Shown here piece after piece: positions 18,750-28,139 of a stretch of DNA of 64,000 nucleotides; the first letter of the stretch is position 1, and each line of letters opens with the position of its first letter. Origin of the DNA: Candidatus Methylomirabilota bacterium (lineage in GTDB: Bacteria > Methylomirabilota > Methylomirabilia > Rokubacteriales > DASRDR01); assembly GCA_035550795.1 (NCBI GenBank), contig DASZOL010000050.1:31809-95808 (forward strand), in the 5' to 3' direction. The notes under the pieces were generated by a model that saw nothing but the letters and a program-made list of their open reading frames with translations, was not told the DNA's origin and ran no database searches. The position numbers were made by a program, and so were the translations under genes.

Positions 18750-18861
18750 GGCGCCGGTCAGGCCGTCAGGAGCTCGCCGCGGCGAGGTGGAGCGGGAGGC
18801 GTGCGGCGCGTCTGATCCCGGGCCGTGAACGTCTCACCGGACACCGCGCGCGGCCGGTGGC

Positions 18862-19602
18862 TCAGGCAGGTCGCGGCGGCAAGCCTGCGAGGAGGGCCCC
18901 ATGCACCAGCGTGACCAGGGAGACGATGTCGAACACGGGGAGGCCCGTCGCACGCTGGATGTCCCGCGCGTAGGGAGGCATGTTGGTGCACTCGAGCACC
19001 AGCGCCCCGACATCCGGGTGGTCCGCCAGGAGCCGCCGCGTGACCCGCACGTGCTCCTCGCGGGCCCGGTCGACGTCCAGCTCCAGCTCGTCGTCCAGGA
19101 GCACGCGGGTGAACTCCTTCTCGTCCTCCAGGCCGGCCACGGCGAGAGGGACGTCTGACCCGATGCCGGCGCCCTGCAGGTGCTCGTCGCCGAGCGCCCG
19201 GGCGTTCACGGTCAGGATACCGACCCGCCGACCGGGCGCGAGCATCCGGTGCACCAGTGGGACCAGGAGCAGGCTCGACGTCAGCACGGGCACGCGCACC
19301 GCTGCCCCAAGCTCCGCCTGGTACTTCACGAGAAAGCCGCAGTTGGTGGTGACGGCTCCCACGCCCTCGGCCTCCAGCTGGCGCGCGCCGTCGACGAACG
19401 CCCGCAACAAGCCGGTGGCGCCCCGCCGGACCACGAGATCTGGCGCGGCTCCGGGCACGCGGTGGTAGCGGACCGGGAACGGGAAGGTGGCGGCATGGCC
19501 CATGTCGCCCGGGATACGAGGAAAGCGCGTGTCGAGCATCAGGATGCCGACCGTGAACCCGTACTGGTTGAAGCCGCCCCGAACCCGTCCGGTCGTGGCC
19601 AT
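18862..19602 (-). CDS. Asp/Glu/hydantoin-racemase-family protein
   Basis: ORF 18862..20304, trimmed to ATG 19602 (MATTGRVRGGFNQYGFTVGILMLDTRFPRIPGDMGHAATFPFPV). Also TTNCGF and LECTNMPPY segments, as in the aspartate/glutamate racemase superfamily. Confidence 0.7.
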   Translation of the reverse strand: MATTGRVRGGFNQYGFTVGILMLDTRFPRIPGDMGHAATFPFPVRYHRVPGAAPDLVVRRGATGLLRAFVDGARQLEAEGVGAVTTNCGFLVKYQAELGAAVRVPVLTSSLLLVPLVHRMLAPGRRVGILTVNARALGDEHLQGAGIGSDVPLAVAGLEDEKEFTRVLLDDELELDVDRAREEHVRVTRRLLADHPDVGALVLECTNMPPYARDIQRATGLPVFDIVSLVTLVHGALLAGLPPRPA

Positions 19603-19709
19603 GTGGGGTGACGGAATTCTCCGTCCCCCCTCGTCTTCCGTCAATGCGGACCGCGGAGGCCGGGAGGCACCCTCCCCGTGAGCGTGGATGCGGGCGGTCG
19701 CCGCGACGG

Positions 19710-20276
19710 TCAGACCCGGATGCGCTCGCGGTGCGGACGGAGCGTCTTCCAGTAGAGGGCCTCGTCGAGGCCCGCGCGTGCGAGCCCGGGGAGGTCTCCC
19801 ACGTGACGGTACCCGTGGCGCGCGTAGAAACGCCGCGCGTAGGCACTGTCGGCGGTGACGAGGAGGACCAGGTGGTTGGCAACCCCGCGCGCAACCGCCT
19901 CCGCTGCGCGCAGGAGCGCGGCGCCGATCCCCGCGCGCTGGCGGCGCTCGTCGACCAGGAGCAGCCGGAGATAGGCCGCCCGCGTGAGGATCCGGCTGGG
20001 TATGATCCAGGCCAGGCCCACCGGCGGCCCGCCGGGCGCCGCGGCCACCAGCAGCCGATCCCCCGCAGCGCGGCCTCGCGCGAGTGCGGCTCGCGCCGCC
20101 TCGCGGGTCATGCCGTAGCGCTCGAGCAGCGGCGAGACCGCCATCAAGGCCACGAGGGCAGGGTGGTCGGCCCGGCGGGCTGGCCGGACCCGCAGAGGAG
20201 AGCGTCCCCGCCGCGGGGGATCCGCTGACCGCGCGAGGCCACCCCGGTGTGCGCGCGGCGCCGGGCGGTGGGTCAC
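19710..20276 (-). CDS. GNAT-family N-acetyltransferase
   Basis: ORF 19710..20276. GTG start overlaps the permease stop (GTGA). The acetyl-CoA motif appears as RRQRAGIGAALL, with a C-terminal RFYARHGY. Confidence 0.8.
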   Translation of the reverse strand: MTHRPAPRAHRGGLARSADPPRRGRSPLRVRPARRADHPALVALMAVSPLLERYGMTREAARAALARGRAAGDRLLVAAAPGGPPVGLAWIIPSRILTRAAYLRLLLVDERRQRAGIGAALLRAAEAVARGVANHLVLLVTADSAYARRFYARHGYRHVGDLPGLARAGLDEALYWKTLRPHRERIRV

Positions 20277-21094
20277 GGGCGCTGGCGCGGGTCGAGCGCG
20301 TCACGCAGGCCGTCGCCGAGGAGATTGAAGCCGAGGACGGCCAGCATGATCGCGAGACCCGGGAACACGGCGAGGTGAGGGGCGAGCTCGAGGTTCTGGC
20401 GCCCCTCGTTCAGCATCGCCCCCCAGGACGGAGTCGGCGGCTGGGCGGAGAGCCCGAGAAACGACAGCGACGCTTCCGTGAGGACGGCCCACGAGAGGGC
20501 GATGCTGGCCTGGACCACGAGAACCGAGGTGAGGTTCGGCAGAATGTGGCGTCCCACGATCCGCCCGGCCGGGGCGCCCAGCGCCCGGCTGGCCTCGACG
20601 AACTCGCGCTCCTTGAGGGCCAGCACCGGCCCGCGGACGACACGCGCGAAGATCGGCGTGTACACGACCGCGATGGCGAGAACGACGTTGGCCGGGTGGG
20701 GCCCCAGCGCCGCGACGATCCCGAGCGCGAGGAGCACGGCCGGGAACGAGAAGAACACGTCCATCGTGCGCATGAGGGCCTGGTCCATGCGGCCGCCGGC
20801 GTACCCCGCGAGGAGGCCGAGGGAGGATCCCGCGATCAGGGCGCTGAGGACGGAGGCGAAGGCGACCTCGAGCGACAGACGGGCGCCGTGGACCAACCGG
20901 GCCAGGAGGTCGCGGCCGAACGTGTCGCCACCCAGGGGCAGGCTCCAGCTGGGGCCCGCCATCCGATCCTGCGGAACCATGCGGAGCGGACTCGCCAGGG
21001 GAAGCCGGTCGGCCGCGACGCCGACGGCGAGGAACGTGCCGACGATCAGGAGTCCCGCCAGGGCGGCGCGATTCCGCACGAGCGCTACGGCCAT
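20273..21094 (-). CDS. ABC transporter permease, DppC/OppC-like, cassette 3
   Basis: ORF 20273..21265, trimmed to ATG 21094 (GTG 21106 is also possible). GGDTFGRDLLARLVHGARLSL and the C-terminal LLGDGLRDALDPR. Confidence 0.85.
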   Translation of the reverse strand: MAVALVRNRAALAGLLIVGTFLAVGVAADRLPLASPLRMVPQDRMAGPSWSLPLGGDTFGRDLLARLVHGARLSLEVAFASVLSALIAGSSLGLLAGYAGGRMDQALMRTMDVFFSFPAVLLALGIVAALGPHPANVVLAIAVVYTPIFARVVRGPVLALKEREFVEASRALGAPAGRIVGRHILPNLTSVLVVQASIALSWAVLTEASLSFLGLSAQPPTPSWGAMLNEGRQNLELAPHLAVFPGLAIMLAVLGFNLLGDGLRDALDPRQRP

Positions 21095-21155
21095 CCGCGG
21101 CAGCACGACGGCGGCAACCGGAGCCCGGGAGCCGGGCGCGGTCCCGCTCCGCCCG

Positions 21156-22109
21156 TCAGCCCAGCCGGATCCGGGGGTCGAGCCAGCCATAGAGCACGTC
21201 GACGACGGTGTTCGTGGCCACGAAGAGCAGCGCCACGACCAGCACCGTCCCCTGGACCAGGGCATAGTCGCGCTGGTTGATGGCGGTCAGCAGCATGCGC
21301 CCCACGCCCGGGACCGAGAAGATCTCCTCGACCACCACCGCCCCGCTCAGGAGGTATCCCACCTGGACGCCCAGGATGGTGACCACGACGATCAGACTGT
21401 TCCGCAGCGCGTGGCGGCCCACCACGGCGGATGCGGCGAGGCCCTTGGCGTGAGCGGTCCGCACGTAGTCAGCGCCGAGGACGTCGAGCATCGCCGAGCG
21501 CGTCGTCCGCATGACGACGGCGGCCATCGCCCCCCCCAGCGTCAGCGCCGGGAAGAGCAGGAACCGGAGGTTTCCCCACGGGTCCTCGGTGAAGCCCACG
21601 TATCCACCGGTGTTCGGCATCCACCGGAGGTAGCGCGCCAGCAGGAGCACGAAGAGCGTGCCCAGCCAGAAGTTCGGAAGCGACAGTCCGAGAAGACCGA
21701 GGCTCCGTGCCGCGAGGTCCGCCCACGAGTTCGGCCGGAGCGCTGACAGGATTCCGAGCGGAAGCCCGAAGGTCAGGGCGACGAGGGCTGCGGCGAGAGC
21801 CAGCTCCACGGTGACCGGGAGTCGGCTGACGATCTCGCCGACGACGGGCTGGCCGGTGCGCAGGGAGTATCCCGCGTCGCCCTGGACGAGGGCACCGAGC
21901 CATCCGAGGTACTGGAGCGGGAGGGGGCGGTCGAGGCCGAGGTAGGCGCGCAGCTCGGCGAGCTGCTCCGGCGTCAGGACGGTGCTCGTGCCGAGGCGCA
22001 CGGCGATGGCGTCCCCGGGGACGAGCCGCAGGAACAGGAACGACAGCACCGAGACGCCGATCAGCGTCGGCCCGAGCGCGAGGAGCCGGCGCAGGAGATA
22101 ACGCGTCAC
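21156..22109 (-). CDS. ABC transporter permease, DppB/OppB-like, cassette 3
   Basis: ORF 21156..22109 (GTG start). MTRYLLRRLLALGPTLIGVSVLSFLFLRLVPGD, RTAHAKGL and WLDPRIRLG. Confidence 0.9.
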   Translation of the reverse strand: MTRYLLRRLLALGPTLIGVSVLSFLFLRLVPGDAIAVRLGTSTVLTPEQLAELRAYLGLDRPLPLQYLGWLGALVQGDAGYSLRTGQPVVGEIVSRLPVTVELALAAALVALTFGLPLGILSALRPNSWADLAARSLGLLGLSLPNFWLGTLFVLLLARYLRWMPNTGGYVGFTEDPWGNLRFLLFPALTLGGAMAAVVMRTTRSAMLDVLGADYVRTAHAKGLAASAVVGRHALRNSLIVVVTILGVQVGYLLSGAVVVEEIFSVPGVGRMLLTAINQRDYALVQGTVLVVALLFVATNTVVDVLYGWLDPRIRLG

Positions 22110-22139
22110 GGGCGAGGCGTCGCCCGGCCCGGGGCCGGG
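22110..22139 (-). other. two overlapping GC-rich dyads between SBP and permease genes
   Basis: GGGCGA-ggcg-TCGCCC (22110-22125) and CCCGGCC-cgg-GGCCGGG (22123-22139) fill the 39-bp spacer. Read directly. Confidence 0.35.
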
Positions 22140-22148
22140 CGCAGGGCC

Positions 22149-23696
22149 CTACCTATCCAGCCACGCTTGGCGCAGGTAGACGATCGAGCCGGTCGGCAGG
22201 TGGACGAAGCCCTTCGTGCTCGGCTGGAGTCCCACGTAGTCCCGGCCCACGTAGAGCCACACGAAGGGGACCCCGTTGACCAGCTCCTTCTGGGCGGTCG
22301 CGTAGAGCTCGCGGCGACGCGCCGGGTCGACGATCGTCCGGGCCCGCTTGATCGCGTCGCTCGACTTGTCGTTTTGGTAGGAATGAACGAAGTTTAGGTT
22401 GCCATCGTTCGTGAAGTACCGGAAGAGGTAGAAATCTGGGTCGGGCTGCCCCGAGTTCAGCCCGGGAGCCAGGTCGAAGTCGGCCTTGAGCCAGCGCTGG
22501 ACCCACTGACCGAACTCGAGGAGCTCGATGTTTACCCGGATCCCGGCCTCTCCCAGCTGCTGCTGGACGATCTGCGCGATGTCCTTCGCGTATACCGGCT
22601 CCGTGGTCTGGGTGAGGATCGTGAGGCTGACGGGTCCGACGCCGGCTTCCTGCAGGAGCTGGCGCGCCTTCCCGACGTCCCGCCGGTACAGCTCGTAGTC
22701 CCCCGCGGGCAGCGCGTACGCCCCGAGGGAGGGCGGCAGGGGCCCGGTCGGGTCGCCGCTGCCGAGGGCGACGGTATCGATGATCTGCTTGCGGTCGATC
22801 GCGTAGGCGATCGCCTGGCGGACCTTCGGGTGATCGAGCGGCTTCCGCTTCGTGTTCAGGAAGAGAAGATGGTAGTTGAGGCTCGGCTTGGCGCTCACCG
22901 TGACGCTCGCTTCACGGCTCAGGGTCTGCGCCACTCGCGCGTCGGCGATCAGCGCCATGTCGGCCGCCTTGGTGCGGAGCGCGGCCACGAGGCCGGCCTC
23001 GTCCGGCACGATGTTGATCCGTACCCCGTCGAGGTAGGGTTGCCCCTGGACGTAGAACTCCCGGAACGCGTCGAACCGCATGAAGTTGTCCGGCGCCCAC
23101 TCGGCCAGGCGGAACGGACCCGAGCCGATCGCGTGCTCCCTCTTGGAGAGATCACCCCCGGCTGCCTGCGCGACCTTGGCGGAGACGATGCTCGCGTTCG
23201 GATGGGCGAGGTAGACGAGCAAGGCGACGTTCGGCTGCTTGAGCTGGAGCGTGACCGTGCGGGGGTCCGGCGCCTCGACGCGCTCGACGTCGGCGAACCA
23301 CGCGCGTGCGATGGCCTTCGTGTCCGGGTTGACGATCCGCTCGAGCGTGAACTTCACGTCCGTGCTGGTGACCGGATCGCCGTTGTGGAACTTCGCTGCC
23401 CGGAGCCGGAACGCGATCTGCTTGCCATCCGGCGAGATGGTCCAGCTCTCGGCCAGGTCCGGCTGGACCAGGAGGTCGGGCCCGAGCCGCGTGAGGGTGC
23501 TGTACACGAGCTCGAAAACGCGGTGGCTCGTGAACGCCGGCACCTTGTGTGGGTCGAGGTTCGTCGCCTCGCCCTGGCGGGCGAGCGTCAGGACGCCTCC
23601 CCGCTTCGGAGCCTGGGCGGTGCTGTCACGCGGGGCGATGGTGACGAGGACAAGCCCGGTGAGGGCGACGGCCGCGGCGGTCCGGATGCGCGACAT
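22149..23696 (-). CDS. ABC transporter substrate-binding protein, family 5, cassette 3
   Basis: ORF 22149..23696. Signal MSRIRTAAAVALTGLVLVTIA, then APKRGGVLTLA. GGGAGGA lies upstream of the ATG. Confidence 0.9.
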   Translation of the reverse strand: MSRIRTAAAVALTGLVLVTIAPRDSTAQAPKRGGVLTLARQGEATNLDPHKVPAFTSHRVFELVYSTLTRLGPDLLVQPDLAESWTISPDGKQIAFRLRAAKFHNGDPVTSTDVKFTLERIVNPDTKAIARAWFADVERVEAPDPRTVTLQLKQPNVALLVYLAHPNASIVSAKVAQAAGGDLSKREHAIGSGPFRLAEWAPDNFMRFDAFREFYVQGQPYLDGVRINIVPDEAGLVAALRTKAADMALIADARVAQTLSREASVTVSAKPSLNYHLLFLNTKRKPLDHPKVRQAIAYAIDRKQIIDTVALGSGDPTGPLPPSLGAYALPAGDYELYRRDVGKARQLLQEAGVGPVSLTILTQTTEPVYAKDIAQIVQQQLGEAGIRVNIELLEFGQWVQRWLKADFDLAPGLNSGQPDPDFYLFRYFTNDGNLNFVHSYQNDKSSDAIKRARTIVDPARRRELYATAQKELVNGVPFVWLYVGRDYVGLQPSTKGFVHLPTGSIVYLRQAWLDR

Positions 23697-23763
23697 GCTG
23701 GATCCTCCCGGCTCACTACGATGGGATGGGGCGGTTCCGGTGTCAATCGCGGCCGCGGCGCGC

Positions 23764-24114
23764 CTACCCCGGGCGGAGCTCGACGATCAGGCCGTCGCCC
23801 CAGCCGTACTTCGCCGTCGAGCGGGTCCGGACGGTCGCCGCCAGCGCGACCTCGCGCGCCGAGTCCACGACCCGGGCGCGGCCCGTGAAGGTTCTCGCGC
23901 CGACGCGCCACCGGACCCTGGGGTCAACGCGCAGGTTCCGCACCCAGTGGGCGCGCTCCCCGGTCTCGGCGACGACGTGGAAGCGGTCGCCTCGCCGCGT
24001 GAACCAGATCTCGATCTCGCGAGACAGCCCAGTGCGGCGCCCGGTGGTCGTGAGGTGCAGGACCTCAGGCTCCGTCTTGCGCCGCGGCCAGCCTCCGGCG
24101 ACGCGCGCCGTCAT
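23764..24114 (-). CDS. deazaflavin(F420)-dependent nitroreductase-family (DDN/DUF385-like) protein
   Basis: ORF 23764..24261, trimmed to ATG 24114. LHLTTTGRRTGLSREIEIWF...HWVRNLRVDPRV matches the LTTxGRxSG...W..NL..P motif of this family. The start is uncertain. Confidence 0.65.
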   Translation of the reverse strand: MTARVAGGWPRRKTEPEVLHLTTTGRRTGLSREIEIWFTRRGDRFHVVAETGERAHWVRNLRVDPRVRWRVGARTFTGRARVVDSAREVALAATVRTRSTAKYGWGDGLIVELRPG

Positions 24115-24193
24115 TCCTCGCGGGGCACCGCGCGGGCGGCGTGGACCGCGCGGGCGCGGGTCGCCGGTTCCCGCGGGCCGATCGCTGACGAGG

Positions 24194-25267
24194 TCATGGT
24201 CGATCCGCGGACCGTTCCGATGGGGCCTGCTGGGCACGTTCCGCGGGACGCCGCTCGACACTCGGCCGGGCCGGCGCGCCGTTCGGCTCCGGCGCGCGAT
24301 CCTCCGAGGCCGTCGCCCCGGTGGCCGAGGACGGGAAGACTGCGAGATCCGCCAGGACGCCGTAATGGTCCGAGGGCCAGAGAGTGGAGCCGTCCGGCAG
24401 CCGCCCGGGGGCGTCGACCACGACGCGGCTGTCCAGCACCGTGCCCGGGAAGGTCCGGCCGGGGACGAGGAACACGTAGTCCACGCGGCGTGACGCCCGG
24501 CGCTCGGACGCGGTCACGGGCTGCCACACCGTGGCCCCCGTGGCGTCCGGGTGCCTGGAGCGAAAGACGTCCACGAACCCCGCCTCCCCGGTCAGGACCT
24601 CGATCGCCTCCGAGGACTCGACGGCGTTGAGGTCTCCCATCAGGACTCCGGGAAGGGCCCCTCGCAGCCCGAGGATCAGTGTCGCGACGGCGCGCGTGTG
24701 GCAGGCGTTTCCCCGGGTATGAGTCGAGAATACGGAAAGCGGCCCTCCCGGCGCGCCGAGCTCGGCGAACAGGAGGACCCGCGGCTCCATCCGCCGGCCG
24801 CAGCCCGGGAGCTTGTGAACCTCCGATCGGGTGATGGGGAAGCGGCTCAGGATCGCCGGCCCCTCCGAGAAGTTCAGAAGCGCCGCCCCCAGGCGATTGA
24901 GCCACCCCAGGCTGAACAGCCGCATCGAGGCGGGCGCATAGACGTAATTCATGCCGAGCCGCCCGGCCAGCCGGGAGGCGACCTCGCCGCGGCGGCGGCT
25001 CCAGGAGGACTCCTGGAGCGCGATGACGTCGGGACTCGTGCCCAGGAGGGCGTCACTCACGAGGTCGAGCCGAGCATCGAGGTGCTGATCGTCCCCGTTC
25101 CAGCCCGACAGGGGGCCGCCGTGGAGGACGTTCAGGGTGACGTACCGGACCGCCGAAGGCGGTGCCTCGGCGGCCGCGGGGGCGCCGAGCAGCGTCACGA
25201 GGAGCGCCGCCGTCAGGAGGCGTGCCACGGGACCAAGCTCCTCCGGGTCACGGGCGGGAGATCCCAA
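24194..25267 (-). CDS. endonuclease/exonuclease/phosphatase (EEP) family protein, secreted
   Basis: ORF 24194..25267 (TTG start). Signal LLTAALLVTLLGAPAAAEA. EEP motifs are LNVLHG, IALQES, GDLN and WPSDHYGV. It has a low-complexity C-terminal tail. Confidence 0.8.
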   Translation of the reverse strand: MGSPARDPEELGPVARLLTAALLVTLLGAPAAAEAPPSAVRYVTLNVLHGGPLSGWNGDDQHLDARLDLVSDALLGTSPDVIALQESSWSRRRGEVASRLAGRLGMNYVYAPASMRLFSLGWLNRLGAALLNFSEGPAILSRFPITRSEVHKLPGCGRRMEPRVLLFAELGAPGGPLSVFSTHTRGNACHTRAVATLILGLRGALPGVLMGDLNAVESSEAIEVLTGEAGFVDVFRSRHPDATGATVWQPVTASERRASRRVDYVFLVPGRTFPGTVLDSRVVVDAPGRLPDGSTLWPSDHYGVLADLAVFPSSATGATASEDRAPEPNGAPARPSVERRPAERAQQAPSERSADRP

Positions 25268-25621
25268 GGTATGCGGGCGGTCTTCCGCAGTCTCGCCGCC
25301 TCAGAGGGCGCGTCGTGCGGGCGAGCCCGTCCGGGCGTGTCGCGGCCGGCGGCCGAGGGTCTCGAGATGAGCCGTCGCCGGTCCAGCCCTCGGGCTCGTG
25401 GCACCATTCGTGTAGCCGTGAGACACCTCCGTTGCGTAGCGTACCAACCTCGACGCGGCGCCGGCAACGCCAGCCGGCCAGCGTCAGCCGGCCAGCGGGC
25501 GACGCCCGGCGAGGGGTACCGGCGGCGAGCCGCCGGGGCCGGGCTCCCTTGCCGGGGGGGGCACCGCTCCAGGACGGTGCCGGCCGCGGGCGGACGCCCC
25601 ATGCGGCATAATGGAGGTCCG
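25268..25621 (+). promoter_or_regulatory. long structured divergent region / moaA 5' leader (possible Moco riboswitch, unverified)
   Basis: 354 nt lie between the divergent starts. Tandem 13-mer CAGCCGGCCAGCG at 25471-25483 and 25485-25497. Hairpins CCGGCGG-cgag-CCGCCGG (25519-25536) and GGCACCG-ctccagga-CGGTGCC (25560-25581). GGAGG at 25613-25617 is 4 nt before the ATG. Confidence 0.3.
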
Positions 25622-26671
25622 ATGACAGCGCCTCACGAGGCCCGTCCGCTCGACACGCTCGGCCGCCCGCTCCGGAACCTCCGCGTCTCGGTGACGGACC
25701 GCTGCAACCTCCGCTGCCAGTACTGCATGCCGGAGGAGGAGTACGCGTGGCTTCGCCGGGCCGACCTCCTGACGTTCGAGGAGATCCAGCGGCTGGCCGA
25801 GATCTTCACGGACCTGGGAGTCGACAAGGTACGGCTGACCGGCGGCGAGCCGCTGCTCCGCCGGGATCTGCCCGACCTCGTCCGTCTGCTCGCGGCCCTC
25901 CCGGCCGTCCGCGACCTCGCGATGACGAGCAACGGCGTGCTTCTCGCCGGCCAGGCGGTGGCGCTCCGGTCGGCCGGTCTTCACCGCGTCACGGTGAGCC
26001 TGGACACTCTCCGCCCGGAACGCTTCCGAGCGCTCACGCGGCGCAACGACCATCCTGCCGTCCTCCGCGGAATCGAGGCCGTCCGGGCCGCCGGGTTCCC
26101 GGCGCTCAAGCTCGACACGGTCGTGATCCGAGGAGTCAACGAGGACGAGCTGATCGATCTCGTGGAGTTCGCCCGCGGCATCGATGCCGAGGTGCGCTTC
26201 ATCGAGTACATGGACGTGGGGGGCGCCACTCAGTGGTCGCGGGAGCAGGTGGTCTCCCGGGCCGAGATCCTCGACCGCCTCTTGGCGCGGTACGGGCCCA
26301 TCGAGCCGATCCGTGAGGAGACGTCGGCCCCCGCCGAGCGGTTCCGCCTCTCAGACGGCACGTCGTTCGGCATCATCGCCTCCACGACGACGCCGTTTTG
26401 CCGGACGTGCGACCGGAGCCGGCTCACGGCGGACGGAACCTGGTATCTGTGTCTCTACGCCCAAAGGGGTATCGACCTTCGGACGCCGCTCCGCGACGGC
26501 GCGTCGCGCGACGAGCTCCGGAGCATCATCTCGGGCGGCTGGACACGTCGCCGGGACCGGGGGGCGGAGGAGCGGAAGGACCTCGAGGCCATCGGTCATC
26601 GGGGCGTGCTGGTCCAGATCGAAGGGCTGCGGCAGGATCCTCGTCTCGAGATGCACACGCGGGGCGGCTGA
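25622..26671 (+). CDS. moaA: GTP 3',8-cyclase MoaA (radical SAM, molybdenum cofactor biosynthesis)
   Basis: In-frame part of ORF 24551..26671, from ATG 25622. It has the CNLRCQYCMP radical-SAM cluster motif, VRLTGGEPLLR, a C-terminal CxxC-region cluster (FCRTCDRSRLTADG) and a terminal GG. Confidence 0.9.
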   Translation: MTAPHEARPLDTLGRPLRNLRVSVTDRCNLRCQYCMPEEEYAWLRRADLLTFEEIQRLAEIFTDLGVDKVRLTGGEPLLRRDLPDLVRLLAALPAVRDLAMTSNGVLLAGQAVALRSAGLHRVTVSLDTLRPERFRALTRRNDHPAVLRGIEAVRAAGFPALKLDTVVIRGVNEDELIDLVEFARGIDAEVRFIEYMDVGGATQWSREQVVSRAEILDRLLARYGPIEPIREETSAPAERFRLSDGTSFGIIASTTTPFCRTCDRSRLTADGTWYLCLYAQRGIDLRTPLRDGASRDELRSIISGGWTRRRDRGAEERKDLEAIGHRGVLVQIEGLRQDPRLEMHTRGG

Positions 26672-26754
26672 GCCTCCGCGCGGGTCGCCACGGCGTCCGA
26701 TCACACCGGCTCCACCGGTGCGGGCCAGTCACCGCCGGCCCGCCGCGGTCGCCC

Positions 26755-26783
26755 TTGACGCTCTGTGGGAGGCTCGTTAGGCT
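26755..26783 (+). promoter_or_regulatory. candidate sigma70-type promoter giving a leaderless or near-leaderless transcript
   Basis: TTGACG (26755-26760), a 17-nt spacer, then TAGGCT (26778-26783). The GTG start at 26793 is only 9 nt downstream, with no SD in between. Confidence 0.3.
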
Positions 26784-26792
26784 CCTGGCATC

Positions 26793-28139
26793 GTGCGCCT
26801 GACCCGATCCTCCTTGCCGTATCTGGCGTTCTCGGCGTACGCGGCGGTCTCACTCCTGATGGTGAGCGATCCGCGACGGCCGCTGCTCGCGCTGCCGCTC
26901 TCGGGCAAGATCCAGCTGAGCGAGTTCCTGTTCCCCATGGCTCTGGCGGTGTGGCTCGCCACCGGAGCGCGGGGAGTCGCCGGCGCGCTGCGGTCGGCCG
27001 GCGTGCCAGCGGGCCTGTGGGCTGCCGCGAACGTCGTCGTCGCGGCGGCCGCGGTGGTGTCGGGGCCCGCCTGGCGCGAGGCGCTCGCCTTCGTCTACCT
27101 GGGCGCGGTGCTCGTGTGGGGGGCCGCCCTCCTGGCCGAACCGGTGACTCTTCGCGCGTTCAGCCGGTGGTGGGCCGTTGCCGTGGGGGCCGTCGTGGTT
27201 GCGGGACTCCTGGGCGGCCTGGTCGCCACGCTGTCCGATCAGGTGAACTATCTCGTCTACCGCGGAACGGACATGTACCTCTTCGGGAGCCGCGTGTTCC
27301 GGGTGCGATCGACGCTCACGCCGACGACGAAGCTGCTCGCGACGCTGCTCATCCTCGCGCTCCCCGTCGTGTTCGCGTTGCGTCGTCACGGAACGTCGCG
27401 CGAGCGGAAGCTGGGCGGCTGGCTCCTGGCCCTGATGACGCTCTGCGAGCTCCTGACCTACTCACGGCAGATCCTCGAGTATCTCGGCCTGCTTGGTTTG
27501 CTCGCGTGGCTCGAAGGGCGCCGCCGGCGCCCGATGCTCGCTGTGGCGCTCGCCGTCGCGTACCTCGTCGGCTTCCTGGCCGTGATGGGCCTGTCGACCT
27601 GGCGGATCACCGACCGGCACCTCGTCCGGACGGCCGACCTGACGCGGACCCTGACGGACAACCACTACTACTCGACGATCCCCGAGACCGGCGTGCAGAC
27701 GGTCGACCTCCGGGTCGAGTACGTCCACGACAACTACTACGTCCTGAAGTGGATTGGATGGAAGGGGTTTCTCCAGCGGCCGCTGGTGGGCTGGGGACCC
27801 GACACGTGGCCGACGGTTGCTGCGTGGGCGAAGCGCGCGGGGCACGCCCCGGCCGGGGTCCGGTTCGAGTCGGCGCAGAGCGAGCCGTTCACGATCGCCG
27901 CGGAGATGGGCCTGGTGGGACTCGGCGCGTGGATCGTCTTCTGGGCGCTGTGCTTCCGTGCGATCGGATGGCCGCCGGGCCAGGGTTTCGCGGCCACCCT
28001 GGGCCGCTACCAGACGCTCGGCCTCGGCGCCGTGCTTCTCACCAGCATTCACCTCGACGTCATGCGGTTCCGTTTCCTGTGGATCGCACTGGCGCTGGGA
28101 ATCGCCGCGGGGTCCTGCGCACGGCGGGAGGCCGCGTGA
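26793..28139 (+). CDS. O-antigen-ligase (Wzy_C)-like polytopic membrane protein
   Basis: ORF 26793..28139 (GTG), about 10-12 TM segments. It has a large loop with RPLVGWGPDTW...SAQSEPFTIAAEMGLVGLG resembling the Wzy_C/WaaL loop motif. Confidence 0.55.
   Translation: MRLTRSSLPYLAFSAYAAVSLLMVSDPRRPLLALPLSGKIQLSEFLFPMALAVWLATGARGVAGALRSAGVPAGLWAAANVVVAAAAVVSGPAWREALAFVYLGAVLVWGAALLAEPVTLRAFSRWWAVAVGAVVVAGLLGGLVATLSDQVNYLVYRGTDMYLFGSRVFRVRSTLTPTTKLLATLLILALPVVFALRRHGTSRERKLGGWLLALMTLCELLTYSRQILEYLGLLGLLAWLEGRRRRPMLAVALAVAYLVGFLAVMGLSTWRITDRHLVRTADLTRTLTDNHYYSTIPETGVQTVDLRVEYVHDNYYVLKWIGWKGFLQRPLVGWGPDTWPTVAAWAKRAGHAPAGVRFESAQSEPFTIAAEMGLVGLGAWIVFWALCFRAIGWPPGQGFAATLGRYQTLGLGAVLLTSIHLDVMRFRFLWIALALGIAAGSCARREAA

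Noticed and set aside
24551-25621. Long N-terminal extensions of real genes in the ORF track (moaA 24551.., oxidoreductase 26765.., permease ..10609, MFS ..37014, Dus ..16130, racemase ..20304, MetE-like ..54942, SBP5 ..61412)
   Set aside because: The extensions overlap neighbouring genes, are Arg/Pro-rich, and precede an internal start that has an SD or stop-overlap and matches the usual family N-terminus.
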